Origin: Leptospirales bacterium
Lineage (GTDB): Bacteria; Spirochaetota; Leptospiria; Turneriellales; JAOUFE01
DNA: 52,569 nucleotides
NCBI GenBank assembly: GCA_040326155.1
Contig: JBEQLE010000022.1
Location: 1-52,569 of the forward strand
Reading direction: 5' to 3'
Notes under the pieces: generated by a model
Database searches by the model: none
What the model saw: only the letters and a program-made list of their open reading frames with translations
What the model was told of the DNA's origin: nothing
Made by a program: the position numbers and the translations under genes
Shown here: positions 40,201 to 49,574 of the stretch, one piece after another
How positions within the stretch are numbered: position 1 is the stretch's first letter
How the letters are laid out: every line of letters starts with the position of its first letter

Positions 40201-40887
40201 GGGCCTAACAATATTATTAGTTAAAGCCTTATCTATACCCCTGCTTATAAGGGTGTCTATAGGTATTGTATTAAAATTATTAATACTTTCTCTAGATATC
40301 TCTTGTAAAAGATCATGATTTAATCTTTGCTGATTTATACCTAAGTATTTAGATCTTAGCCATTGACCATCAGGTGAATTATCTAATCTATCTGCTAGGC
40401 GAGAGCACGACCAAATATCGTTAAAGATCGAATTATCTTTAAGAATTTGATTTACTTCTACTAAGAGTTCATGAGTCGGTTCTTTATTTGTGGTTAAAAC
40501 AAGGGTTGCATAATATTTCGGATTATCCTTTCTAATATTTTTTATAACTTCTATTGATTTAATAACATCACCTGGAATTGGTTTTGTTTTTGAGCCTTTT
40601 CTTTGCTTTACTTTGGTTGGGTTTAACAACCATTTTTTTCTTAAATCTTCTGCTTTACCACTAGCATGATGTATCACAATAATCATTTTAGTATCTCGAT
40701 GGTCTATGATTGAGAAATTGTCAACAGGTGATGTTTTAGTTTTACCCTCCGTATTCATTCCAGGGTGAGTCAAGCTTTCGTATAAGCCAGGTTTTGCTTT
40801 ACGAAGTATTGCGGTAGCTAACCGTTCGAACAAACCGGCATCGGTTATTTTTGCTAATTGATCGTTTGTTTCGCTATGTTTTTCCAT
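37213..40887 (-). CDS. Large STAND/NACHT-like NTPase with N-terminal restriction-endonuclease-like domain (Avs-like candidate defence protein)
   Basis: FERLA...PVD N-domain, Walker A GESGVGKT, Walker B VCIIED, GNDPLLI, FRHDRIR, long helical C-terminus. Confidence 0.75.
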   Translation of the reverse strand: MEKHSETNDQLAKITDAGLFERLATAILRKAKPGLYESLTHPGMNTEGKTKTSPVDNFSIIDHRDTKMIIVIHHASGKAEDLRKKWLLNPTKVKQRKGSKTKPIPGDVIKSIEVIKNIRKDNPKYYATLVLTTNKEPTHELLVEVNQILKDNSIFNDIWSCSRLADRLDNSPDGQWLRSKYLGINQQRLNHDLLQEISRESINNFNTIPIDTLISRGIDKALTNNIVRPITFILGESGVGKTEAAKKYLFDYISNDGFGLVLYTDYFESGITFEQAIDIELHKLKPELEIHAGKTALNLSSPDKPLVCIIEDINRSTQGNRILDRLISWLPFKEGRNDKIEPLNWQLICPIWPTNIDLLSENRRKQIKSFILPLTIFNIKEARAAIVKKYKLINKKISILDADKLANSLGNDPLLIGLWEPDKNKIENIIKDYLDSSIGKTTISGSFTYDEYKTTLILLCYKMLLNHNLSPKFLDLKNWFPGPSEEVTIIRELAKAKDLISLRKESESEILVFRHDRIRNNLLAETIYSSLITDSIDEDILKEPYYAEPIGIAITRDNISDNIVSEVRSKNQLALFYALKYMSSNEELNKIIIRYIKDFLKEEKTHSDNFMNLRWSALRILSEIEKDEIAAITLLFKDFGNYNLFALFRNGRLDAGVRLCRRIEPGSIAPWRDRQIEHAKIRFGDQLTIALSDYLSKADITDDARIGSLRLAGFIADERLSASIYDCWQNDVNRTQHLADYLWAVGRCYLQDSKQILDEICSEWEQLPDKSDQQTQSVRAAVGEYNISWAFGRYVPSDHFIKYFINKAQESELHWPITLMLRNTDHPLTFEYLVNVFADADRKPGSFWSFKSSILDHWRRKYEKGIGYSKVSRDKLLSLWYDDKQEDFIRKNSFYLWAIKTDMNDIDVLIEKSKDTVLTDSILAERLKLNDQLAEPQLIEKLLTGKVEFWLRYCKYIWSDKIAETLTNYITDKQTIIQLQKNPSSNLNYAVSDLLMRLDIEYVEQLLIANWQNLKQNHLFIQCALYMSTTKLKELVDIEIKKHKNPKVFFKYIGMHWGIDMSGMPGIQNQSQLESLIPYLDYIDPSDIHSIWNCCNKNKWYEFRNKIFDNRIDNDWRKQAILNEDDFFYGLDDNLRYHHTAFIDHKIEKLLEQGISIKQIIQYTSNWLKSRKTIEALRLVSAIVEEIGTRQDFKILNIEGIEPAEEAIQIRENTKFALYRNSLI

Positions 40888-40910
40888 TAGACATCAATCA
40901 AAAAATCCAC

Positions 40911-41033
40911 TCACTCCAACCTCCCACTAAACGCAGGAGCCAGCATCGATTTTTTAGTTTCTCCCGCTTGCACAAGTTTTTGGTCTATTCCAACGCGGGT
41001 CAGGGTTTTATTTTTCGTATATTCAGGTGACAT
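40911..41033 (-). pseudogene. Fusion scar of a type I R-M locus (hsdR-like start + hsdS-like end)
   Basis: MSPEYTKNKTLTRVGIDQKLVQAG resembles HsdR N-termini; KKSMLAPAFSGRLE* resembles the HsdS C-terminal KKSIL.KAFSGEL motif. Confidence 0.6.
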
Positions 41034-41185
41034 AGGTTTTCGAATTTATATATTTTATAATACGACACAAACAAAGAAAATGTCTCTTTGATCTGGTGTC
41101 AATACTGTTTTACATAAAAGATTCTCATTCCATCCCGGCTGATATTTAACGACAACCAACTTTAAAAAACAAAACACCTCTCGAC

Positions 41186-41264
41186 TTCGGTCGAATACCG
41201 CAAAAACGTACATGATTGCTTCATACCTTTACCCTCGAAAAGACAAAAGAGGCGGGCGGCCTGA
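41186..41264 (-). repeat. Dispersed repeat family copy D
   Basis: Minus strand TCAGGCCG..TTTTCGAGGGTAAAGGTAT..GTACGTT..TGCGGTATTCGACCGAA; shares GTAAAGGTAT and TATTCGACCGAA with copy E. Confidence 0.75.
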
Positions 41265-41467
41265 TTTTCTGATGTTCAAAACATGCCACGAAGCAAGCTT
41301 CCGCCAAGTCATCTACCCACATGATATATTTTTCTAGTATTTATTTTCTATTGAATTTCATTTGACTTACTGTTCTTTTTGGACCCACACAACCGAGAAT
41401 ATTTACCGGTAGCTTAGAAAATAATCCTTTCAATAACGTACCCGAATAGGAATAATAGAACCCAAGT

Positions 41468-42331
41468 ATGGTCAAAGCGCGTTTCAGAATCTTTGTTTTC
41501 TCGTCAATCACAGCCATAGCCTTGGCTGTCTTTCACTTCTATCCACTTTCGGGGATATACGCCAAAGAGAAAAAAGGCGAAGTTCAAAAGCCCTGGAAAG
41601 TTGGCGAAGTTTTGCATTACACCGTTTATTATAAGGTCGGATATATTTATATTCCGGGAGTGCGGGCCAGGCTTACAATTGTCAAAGAAAGCGATGAGAA
41701 CAATAGCAAGGTTTTGCATATTTCCGGGAGTGCAGTTTCCAATAAATTGGTGGACCTCTTCTTTAAAGTTCGGGACTCCATATCTTGCGCTTATGATTGG
41801 AAAAACAGAGTTCCTTTATGGGATAGAAAAAGTTTACGGGAAGGAAATTATTTTCGCGAATACGAAGCTTTGTTTCATAATCATGCCAGAACTGCAACAT
41901 TTAGCCAAAAAGAGTTTAATGGTAATACTGATGTAAAGGGGGTAGTTAATAAAAATGCCAAGTGGAAAGAAAAAAAAGGGACTATTTCAAAACTAAAACC
42001 GTATACCCAAAGTGTATGCAGCTCTATTTTTTATCTACGCCATAACGCAGTTTCTACCTCCATAGGAAGTTCCATCGTTATTCCTTTATTTGACGATGGT
42101 AAAAAAAATAGTTTAAAACTTACCGTTGTAGAAAAAAAGAAAGTAGAAATTGAAGCTGGTATTTTTGCGGCCTTGGTCCTGAAACCGAAATATAAGAAAA
42201 ACGGGGCGTTTACATCAAAAGGAAAAACAATGTTGTATGTATCAGATGACAAAAACAGATATCTGCTTAAAGCCGAGTCTGACCTTCCAGTGATCGGACA
42301 AATTTTAGTAGAACTGGTTAAAATCGAATAA
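41468..42331 (+). CDS. DUF3108 domain protein
   Basis: GEVLHYTVYY, FFKVRD, LREGNY, EAGIFAAL, VSDDKNR..IG. Confidence 0.85.
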   Translation: MVKARFRIFVFSSITAIALAVFHFYPLSGIYAKEKKGEVQKPWKVGEVLHYTVYYKVGYIYIPGVRARLTIVKESDENNSKVLHISGSAVSNKLVDLFFKVRDSISCAYDWKNRVPLWDRKSLREGNYFREYEALFHNHARTATFSQKEFNGNTDVKGVVNKNAKWKEKKGTISKLKPYTQSVCSSIFYLRHNAVSTSIGSSIVIPLFDDGKKNSLKLTVVEKKKVEIEAGIFAALVLKPKYKKNGAFTSKGKTMLYVSDDKNRYLLKAESDLPVIGQILVELVKIE

Positions 42332-42554
42332 AGGTTTTATTCTTTTAGTCAAAGTCGATCTTCAAGCCTTTTTTTAGAAACAGGCATTTTGTCTATTATG
42401 CCTTAACTAAATAAAATACATTTGAGATGGGCGTTGAAGCTCTTTTTATCTTGTATAAGAACATGCTTTTTGTACACTGGTATTATAAGTGTATTTATCT
42501 GTTATGCGGCAGGCAAAACGGTCAACAGGCTGGCCGGTCTCAAAGGAGTTACCT

Positions 42555-43103
42555 GTGAAAAAAGTATTGATATTAATAGAAACCGGTTTTGAAGAGGTGG
42601 AGGCGTTGACTCCAGTTGACCTGCTTAGAAGGGCGGGAGCCGAAGTCGTTTTAGCGACCAGTGTTTCAAACTGCCAGGTTACAGGCAGAAACGAAATTAC
42701 AGTTCTTTGCGACGCTGCATATGAAACGGTGGACCCCGGTGAATTCGATATGGTGGTTATCCCTGGTGGGAATGGCGGAGTCGATGCCCTGTCAAAAAAC
42801 TCCTTTGCTCTTGATTTGATAAGAGAATATTTTGCTCAGAAGAAATGGGTCGGGGCGATTTGTGCAGGGCCCCTGGTTCTGAAAGAGGCCGGAGTTCTGA
42901 ACTGGCAGTCGATAACAAGTTACCCCTCTACAAAAAGCGAACTGACGGCGATTACAAACTACAGCGACGAACGTGTGGTCACGGACGGCCATTTAATTAC
43001 AAGCAGAGGCCCCGGCACATCCGTTGAATTTGGCCTGACTCTGGTCGAGAAGTTATTCGGACCGGAAAAGGCGACGGAAATACAGAGGCAAATAGTTGCT
43101 TGA
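42555..43103 (+). CDS. yajL: DJ-1/ThiJ/YajL family protein
   Basis: GFEEVE, IPGG, AICAGP, ITSRGPGT; GTG at 42555 after AAGGAG. Confidence 0.92.
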   Translation: MKKVLILIETGFEEVEALTPVDLLRRAGAEVVLATSVSNCQVTGRNEITVLCDAAYETVDPGEFDMVVIPGGNGGVDALSKNSFALDLIREYFAQKKWVGAICAGPLVLKEAGVLNWQSITSYPSTKSELTAITNYSDERVVTDGHLITSRGPGTSVEFGLTLVEKLFGPEKATEIQRQIVA

Positions 43104-43121
43104 TAGGAACGTGAATAAACT

Positions 43122-43859
43122 TTAATCGATTAAAATTGTTGCAGCAAAAAAAGTTCCTGTAGTAAAGGTTCTTTGCGGGTTGTTTCGACCAAACCATTGA
43201 CCTAAAACTAGAATTACGGACTCATTTACATCCCAGGTAATACCGGTATATCCATACGTTTCCTCTTCTCCATAACGTATCACACGTGCATAGCTAGCTT
43301 CAATACAAAACTGTACATTATCTACAAAGTACCACCCAATACCCAGATTTAAGCCTGCTGACAGACTATTACGGGTATAACCTGCTTCAGCGCTAAAATC
43401 CACATGTAGTGTTTTACCCAATGGAGCGGAAAAAATAAGTCCTGCTCCATAAGCGTTGGTGCCTGTACCGGAACCCCAGCCAACTCCACCCATAAAGCCG
43501 AGCCCAAAGCTTTCTCCGAATTGAAGAAAATTCCATTTGAAACCATAATCAAATGCAATATCTGTCGTTGTAATAGCCGCATTGATGCCCATTTCAAATG
43601 TGTCAGACACACCCCATGTTATCCGGTTTCCGAAGCTATTGGTGAATAAAATACTCTCTGTTTCGAGGCCATAATCCACTTCCGCAGTTGGCTCAAATTC
43701 AATTGCTCCTGCTGGTACGGTATCTACAGTTGGCACGACCAGTTTCGCAGCAGAGATTCCTCCCACAGCGTATACAGGGGCGGCGACGAATGTTACCAGC
43801 GAAAACAAAACCAGCAACAATGCGGTTTTACCGATAGGTTTAATTAAAAATTGTTTCAT
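43122..43859 (-). CDS. Exported outer-membrane beta-barrel-like protein
   Basis: Signal peptide ending VYA; alternating hydrophobic/aromatic strands. Confidence 0.7.
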   Translation of the reverse strand: MKQFLIKPIGKTALLLVLFSLVTFVAAPVYAVGGISAAKLVVPTVDTVPAGAIEFEPTAEVDYGLETESILFTNSFGNRITWGVSDTFEMGINAAITTTDIAFDYGFKWNFLQFGESFGLGFMGGVGWGSGTGTNAYGAGLIFSAPLGKTLHVDFSAEAGYTRNSLSAGLNLGIGWYFVDNVQFCIEASYARVIRYGEEETYGYTGITWDVNESVILVLGQWFGRNNPQRTFTTGTFFAATILID

Positions 43860-44099
43860 TACATACTTCCTTCAACAAATAATTTTCAAATATAGTTTAA
43901 AATGGTCAATAGATCAATTTTCAACTTATTGACAATCAATTTAATCTTCTCGCCCCGGCATATAACATCTCAAATGCTTATGGAAAATTGTATTATTTTA
44001 GTATTCAACCGTGTTCTCTTCACGAGTTTGGCATAACTTAGTCGTTTATGCGGTTTGTTTTCAATGCTGACCGGTCTATAGCGACCAACGCATTCTCCT

Positions 44100-44768
44100 A
44101 TGAAATTATCGAAGTCATTGGCAATATTATTGATCTCCAACATGGTTCCACTCGCGGGAGTCGCATGGTTGGGCTGGAGCGCGGCAACAATTTTGTTGAT
44201 ATATTGGGCCGAGAATGCAATTATCGGTATTTATAATATTGCGAAAATGTTAAGGGCGGGGTTTACTTTCAAAAAACACGAATCTGCGGTGTTGAAAATT
44301 ACAGGAGCTATATTTATGAGCCTGTTTTTTGTAGTTCATTACTCTATGTTTATGGGCGGACACCTGGTATTTCTTATAGTGCTTTTAAAAGTTGATACGG
44401 ATACTGTTTTCGATATTTTTAAATCGGGTAACATTGAAGCCATCTTTTTTCAGACCGGCATGGCGGCCCTGCTCGCCCTTTTTGCCAGTCATGGATACTC
44501 CTTTTATTATAACTTTTTAAAGAAAAAAGAGTATCGAAATAAAACAGCTGAGGATTTTCTGGGTCACCCCTACCCTCGAATGATTATAATGCACATGGCT
44601 ATACTTGCCAGCGCATTTTTCGTTATCGATAATAAAGATGAGTCTGCTCAAATTCCCATGCTCCTTATACTGATTATCTTAAAAATTGCCATTGACGGTA
44701 TTTCCCATGTACGAGAACACAAAAATAAGAAAAACAGAAAAAAACAGAAAAAAAAACATGAAAGATAG
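44100..44768 (+). CDS. DUF6498-like membrane protein
   Basis: N.VPL.GV...GW...YWAEN..IG, FF.VHY..F, PY.R...MH. Confidence 0.8.
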   Translation: MKLSKSLAILLISNMVPLAGVAWLGWSAATILLIYWAENAIIGIYNIAKMLRAGFTFKKHESAVLKITGAIFMSLFFVVHYSMFMGGHLVFLIVLLKVDTDTVFDIFKSGNIEAIFFQTGMAALLALFASHGYSFYYNFLKKKEYRNKTAEDFLGHPYPRMIIMHMAILASAFFVIDNKDESAQIPMLLILIILKIAIDGISHVREHKNKKNRKKQKKKHER

Positions 44769-45012
44769 CATTCGCCTCTCTCTAGCAACCGGTGTGGCGA
44801 AAGGCGACCTTTCGAAATATCTTTTCACTCGGGTTTATTAAATCCGGCAGAGGCCGTTGCCGCAAGCCACGGCGCCAGAGTATGGATTCAAATTCTGTGT
44901 GTGGGCGTAATTTATCCCGTCCCTGCCTTTACTTTTTGAACAAACACCACGAATAGTCTGCCTGATTTTTTTCCTTTTCAAGCCGTCTCGAATCAAGCGA
45001 AGAGTAAACTTG

Positions 45013-46863
45013 ATGAGCGATAAACACTTTAAGCTGAAAACGGTTTTCGGGCATGACTCTTTTCGTCCCCTGCAAGAGGATGCAATAGACACGATTCTTG
45101 CGAAGAAAGATCTATTGATGATTTTGCCGACCGGTGGCGGAAAGTCTCTTTGTTACCAGCTTCCTTCGCTTCTGATGCCGGGGGTTACGATTGTGGTTTC
45201 TCCTTTGCTGGCGCTGATGCAAGACCAGGTGATGGCGCTTCATGCGCTCGATATTTCCGCCGATATGATTTCGTCGATGCAGGATCTCGAAGAGCTTGAG
45301 TTGGTTTTTGACCGTTTAAGGGCCGGCGATCTGAAGCTGCTTTATGTGGCTCCCGAAAGGTTTAAAAGCAGTCGGTTCATGAATATACTTTCTATAACGG
45401 AAATAAATTTCTTTGTCGTTGATGAGGCTCACTGTGTGAGTGAATGGGGGCATGAATTTCGAGAGGATTATCGTAAGCTCAATTTATTGCGTAAGAATTT
45501 TCCGAAAGTACCCATTGCGGCATTTACTGCTACGGCTACACCAAAAGTTCAAAAAGATATTGCAGCTAACCTTAAACTGGTTGACCCCCATCTTTACAGA
45601 GGTCCGGTTTTTCGTGAGAATCTGGAAATTAATGCCGCGTATCGGGCCAAGGATGGACGCGACCAGCTTTTGAATATTATTCGAAGTCACCCTGGCGAGG
45701 TTGGTATTGTGTATTCTTTTACTCGAAATTCGACCGAAAGTATTGCCGCATTTTTACAGAAAAAAGGCATTAAAGCCCGCTGTTATCACGCCGGGTTGCC
45801 CGTACACGAAAGACAAAAGGCATATCGAGAATTTGTCCATGACAAAATTCAAGTGGTTGTTGCGACAATCGCTTTTGGAATGGGAATCGATAAAAGTAAC
45901 ATTCGGTTTGTCGTGCATATGTCACTGCCGAAAACTATTGAGAATTACTACCAGGAAATTGGAAGAGCGGGGCGCGACGGACTGCCCTCCCGCGTTTATC
46001 TGCTTCATTCAATTTCTGATAAAATGCAGCGAAAAGGTTTAATTGACCAGCTTGACGAATCGCCTTATAAAGATCATGCTTATGATCAACTCGAAGAGAT
46101 GGCAAAATTTTCCGTGGCTGAAAAGTGTCGGCACGGCATGCTCACTGCGTATTTCGAGCAGTTGGGCGATAATCTTGTGTCAGGGTGCGAGACCAACTGC
46201 GATAATTGTATGGAGCAAAATTCTCCGGATGACAGCGCGCAAAAAGAGAGAGTAGATATTACCCGCGAAGCCCAGATGTTTTTATCGGCTATTATTCGAA
46301 GCGAACAGCGTTTTGGATCGGGCTATATTATTGACCTTCTAAGAGGCTCCAAAAATAAAAAAATACTGGATAATGCTCACGAGAATCTTTCCGTCTATGG
46401 AATTGGAATGGAACGTACAAAACCCGAATGGATAACGATCTCTCAAAGGTTGCAAGAACTGGAAGTAGTAACTCGGGGCGAGTTTCAAGAATTAATTATT
46501 AAACCCAAAGGCGTTGAAATACTGAAAAAGCAGGCGGAAGTTTCCATTAAAAAAGAGCGTTTGCTGTTTTCAAAAGTAAAAACAAAAAATGCAAATACCG
46601 ATGGGTCCCCCGCTATAACTGAAGAAGAACAATCTTTTTTTGAAAGACTTCGCAGCCTGCGCAGTAATATTGCCACGAGTGAGAAAGTTCCCGCTTATAT
46701 AGTTTTCAACGATAAGACGCTCATTGAAATGTCTTCGGCGCTACCCGTTACTCGCACTGAAATGCTAGAGATTGGCGGCGTTGGTGAAAAAAAGTATGAC
46801 CGATTCGGGAAAGAGTTTATTGACCTATGCCTTACATTTAAAAAAGAGTTGTCTGAAAAATAA
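45013..46863 (+). CDS. recQ: ATP-dependent DNA helicase RecQ
   Basis: PTGGGKSLCYQLP, DEAHCVSEWGHEFR, QEIGRAGRDG, RQC cysteines, HRDC VPAYIVF. Confidence 0.97.
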   Translation: MSDKHFKLKTVFGHDSFRPLQEDAIDTILAKKDLLMILPTGGGKSLCYQLPSLLMPGVTIVVSPLLALMQDQVMALHALDISADMISSMQDLEELELVFDRLRAGDLKLLYVAPERFKSSRFMNILSITEINFFVVDEAHCVSEWGHEFREDYRKLNLLRKNFPKVPIAAFTATATPKVQKDIAANLKLVDPHLYRGPVFRENLEINAAYRAKDGRDQLLNIIRSHPGEVGIVYSFTRNSTESIAAFLQKKGIKARCYHAGLPVHERQKAYREFVHDKIQVVVATIAFGMGIDKSNIRFVVHMSLPKTIENYYQEIGRAGRDGLPSRVYLLHSISDKMQRKGLIDQLDESPYKDHAYDQLEEMAKFSVAEKCRHGMLTAYFEQLGDNLVSGCETNCDNCMEQNSPDDSAQKERVDITREAQMFLSAIIRSEQRFGSGYIIDLLRGSKNKKILDNAHENLSVYGIGMERTKPEWITISQRLQELEVVTRGEFQELIIKPKGVEILKKQAEVSIKKERLLFSKVKTKNANTDGSPAITEEEQSFFERLRSLRSNIATSEKVPAYIVFNDKTLIEMSSALPVTRTEMLEIGGVGEKKYDRFGKEFIDLCLTFKKELSEK

Positions 46864-46901
46864 CGTTATATTAATATTAAACAAAGGATTCTAAAACAAA
46901 A

Positions 46902-47789
46902 ATGGACGCAGAAGATAACAAGGATGATTTAAAAATTGGAGATTACAACGATCTGGAGGTGCTCCGATTTGTTGATTTTGGCGCCTATTTGCATGCCGGC
47001 GATTTCGATATTTTATTACCAAAAAGAAAAATACCTGAAAATACTTCCATCGGGGAAGTGCTAACGGTCTTTGTTTACAACGATTCCGAAGGTAGGGAAA
47101 TTGCCACTACGGATACTCCTAAAATTAAAGTGAATGAATGTGGTTTTCTCGAAGTAATGGATGTGAATAAGTACGGAGCTTTTCTGGACTGGGGTATAGA
47201 AAATCAACTTCTTGTTCCGTACCGAGAGCAGGTAACGGAATTAAAAGAAGGGCAAAAATACATGGTGTATATGTATCTTGACAAGGTCTCTATGCGGTTG
47301 GTCGCGACGACCCGTATTGAAAAACATTTGTCTAAACTACACATGATTCATCTTCACGAGTTGCACGAAAAAGATAAAGTAGATTTGTATATCTACCAAA
47401 AAACTGACATGGGGTATAAGGCCGTTATCAACCAGAAAAACATGGGACTTCTTTATGAAAATGAACTGAAACAGAAAATTCATGTTGGCGAGCGTGTGAC
47501 CGGTTATATTAAACAAATTCGAGAAAGCGGTAAAGTCGACTTGTCTCTGGAACCGATTGGATTTGATCGGTTGAGCGACATACAGGAAATAATTTTAAAT
47601 TACTTGAAGGATCACAATGGCGCTTTGTCGCTGAATGACAAAAGTTCTCCTGAAGAAATAAAACAACTTCTTAAAATGAGTAAGGGTGATTTTAAAAAGG
47701 CTATTGGTATGCTCTGGAAGCAAAAGAAAATTAAAATATCTCCCGAAGGAATTACCCTGATTACCCTTTCCGATTCACCTGACCCGTAA
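46902..47789 (+). CDS. cvfB: CvfB/YitL S1 RNA-binding protein
   Basis: FGAYL, VFVYNDSE, GAFLDWG, DKSSPEEIK..MSKGDFKKAIG. Confidence 0.92.
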   Translation: MDAEDNKDDLKIGDYNDLEVLRFVDFGAYLHAGDFDILLPKRKIPENTSIGEVLTVFVYNDSEGREIATTDTPKIKVNECGFLEVMDVNKYGAFLDWGIENQLLVPYREQVTELKEGQKYMVYMYLDKVSMRLVATTRIEKHLSKLHMIHLHELHEKDKVDLYIYQKTDMGYKAVINQKNMGLLYENELKQKIHVGERVTGYIKQIRESGKVDLSLEPIGFDRLSDIQEIILNYLKDHNGALSLNDKSSPEEIKQLLKMSKGDFKKAIGMLWKQKKIKISPEGITLITLSDSPDP

Positions 47790-49035
47790 CACGTGGCCCC
47801 CGTGTTAAAGTCAATAGTGTAACCTCAGACGGAACCCCGAGACGCATCGGCGGTCCCCAGTAGCCTGTTCCCCGGTTTACGTTAACCCACATTTTATTTT
47901 GGTACAGGTGAAATCCTTTTGAATATGTATAAATCAGTTTAACAGCGAAATTCCATGGGAAGAATTGTCCCCCATGGGTATGGCCCGACAATTGTAAATC
48001 ATAACCAGCCTTCCACGTACGCTCAAGATCACGGGGCTGGTGAGCGAGTAAAATTTTAACGTCATTTTCGGGAACTCCCTCTATGGCTGTTTCGGGTTCG
48101 TATGGATGCTTGCCTGAGCGCGGTCCTTCCCCTATATCCGGTACGCCGGCAATAACCAGATTCGCCCACTTCTTTCTACCTTGTTTTTTTATTGTTATTG
48201 CTGGTCGTCGTATAACATCATGGCTGTTCATTAATGTCTTCACTCCGAGGCGACTTAACTCTTCAATCCACTCTGAAACTCCAGAATAATATTCATGGTT
48301 GCCGGTAATAAAGTATGTACCATAAGTAGATTGTAATTCCTGAAGCGGTGCAATATCGGATTTCAAATTTGCAACCGTGCCGTCGACCAGATCGCCGGTT
48401 ATGGCCACCATGTCGGGTTTCAGTTCATTTACCTGCGCGACCACTTGAGCCAGGTAATCTCTTTTTATAGTTGGTCCAATATGAATATCTGAAATTTGCG
48501 CGATTTTGAATCCATCAAATTCTGTAGGTAAATGTGGTATGGGAACAATGTGAGAAAATAGAGTTGGCGGTTTATTCACCTGGGTATTTCCATAAACTTC
48601 AGATAGCGCCATGACCCCCATTAGAACATAATTACTTTTTACCAAAAACTGTCGACGTGAAATTGCATCCTCACTTACGACATCTGGTTTGTCTTCCATC
48701 GTATTGTTTGAAAACCTGCGGTTTAATTTCTTTATGAGTGAATAAATTCCGATCGCGGCGTCACGCGCCACAGATACAGGGAATAAAATAATAACAAAAC
48801 CTAAAGCTGTATAAGCGACCCAGACAAAAGTGTCGAGCAGCGGTCCGCTGTGCGTCATAAAAAAGAAAGGTAAAATCGGTAAGTAAATAAAGCAAAACAG
48901 GGAGACACTCAACAGTCGCCGAGCCTTTAAACTCACGTCCAACTTCTTTATGTAGCGTCGGTAAAAATAGTAATAAAATAAAAAATAAATGACTGCGATT
49001 ATAGAAACAAAGAATATGATAGACATAATGTTCAT
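47761..49035 (-). CDS. Membrane-anchored metallophosphoesterase (YkuE-like)
   Basis: SDIH, TGDLVD, GNHE, LAHQP, SGHTHGGQ, GTGYWGPPMR. Confidence 0.93.
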   Translation of the reverse strand: MNIMSIIFFVSIIAVIYFLFYYYFYRRYIKKLDVSLKARRLLSVSLFCFIYLPILPFFFMTHSGPLLDTFVWVAYTALGFVIILFPVSVARDAAIGIYSLIKKLNRRFSNNTMEDKPDVVSEDAISRRQFLVKSNYVLMGVMALSEVYGNTQVNKPPTLFSHIVPIPHLPTEFDGFKIAQISDIHIGPTIKRDYLAQVVAQVNELKPDMVAITGDLVDGTVANLKSDIAPLQELQSTYGTYFITGNHEYYSGVSEWIEELSRLGVKTLMNSHDVIRRPAITIKKQGRKKWANLVIAGVPDIGEGPRSGKHPYEPETAIEGVPENDVKILLAHQPRDLERTWKAGYDLQLSGHTHGGQFFPWNFAVKLIYTYSKGFHLYQNKMWVNVNRGTGYWGPPMRLGVPSEVTLLTLTRGPRVTGQVNRKG

Positions 49036-49124
49036 TATTATCCGTTGTTTAATTTTTATGTACAATTGCAATACAAATATATTCCGGTTATGAATTTCTC
49101 CCTTAAGTTTTTCCTTTTTTTTAA

Positions 49125-49203
49125 TCAGGCCGACGAAGTCTGGTGTATTCTTGAAACGTAAAGGTATTGTATTCCGGGGTACGTTGTGCGATATTCGACC
49201 GAA
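49125..49203 (+). repeat. Dispersed repeat family copy E
   Basis: TCAGGCCGACGAAGTC..GTGTATT..GTAAAGGTAT..GTACGTT..TGCGATATTCGACCGAA. Confidence 0.8.
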
Positions 49204-49574
49204 ATTCCAGGTTCGGATAGTATTTTGAAGTTATTTGCAATTTCGAATCGAAACTTTAGATATTCTTTTTTGTCATTTTTCATTAATAAAATATGACACA
49301 AGTGACGTAGATACACCCCCTATTGTCAGGAAAGTTGTCACCTAAAACGAGGTGACAAATGGGATATGATAAAAGATTTCATAAAAGTTATTACCCTTTT
49401 AAGATTTTATCAAAAAGCGCCACATTAATGTTTTCAGAGATGAAAAGAAGGTGTTCAGTTTGAACATTCAGAGGATGCGGTCTTCCCAGCGTATGGTAAA
49501 TTTTACACTAATTTATTTACTTTAATGAGATTAGAGAACTGGACGCAATAATTGTGTGCTGAATGAAGTATCCA

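Noticed and set aside
47761..47789. Convergent 3' overlaps (cvfB/phosphoesterase 29 nt; nif3/lon 4 nt)
   Set aside because: Ordinary in compact genomes
48640..48665. Internal Tat-like SRRQFL motif in the metallophosphoesterase
   Set aside because: A common feature of this membrane-bound family, not novel
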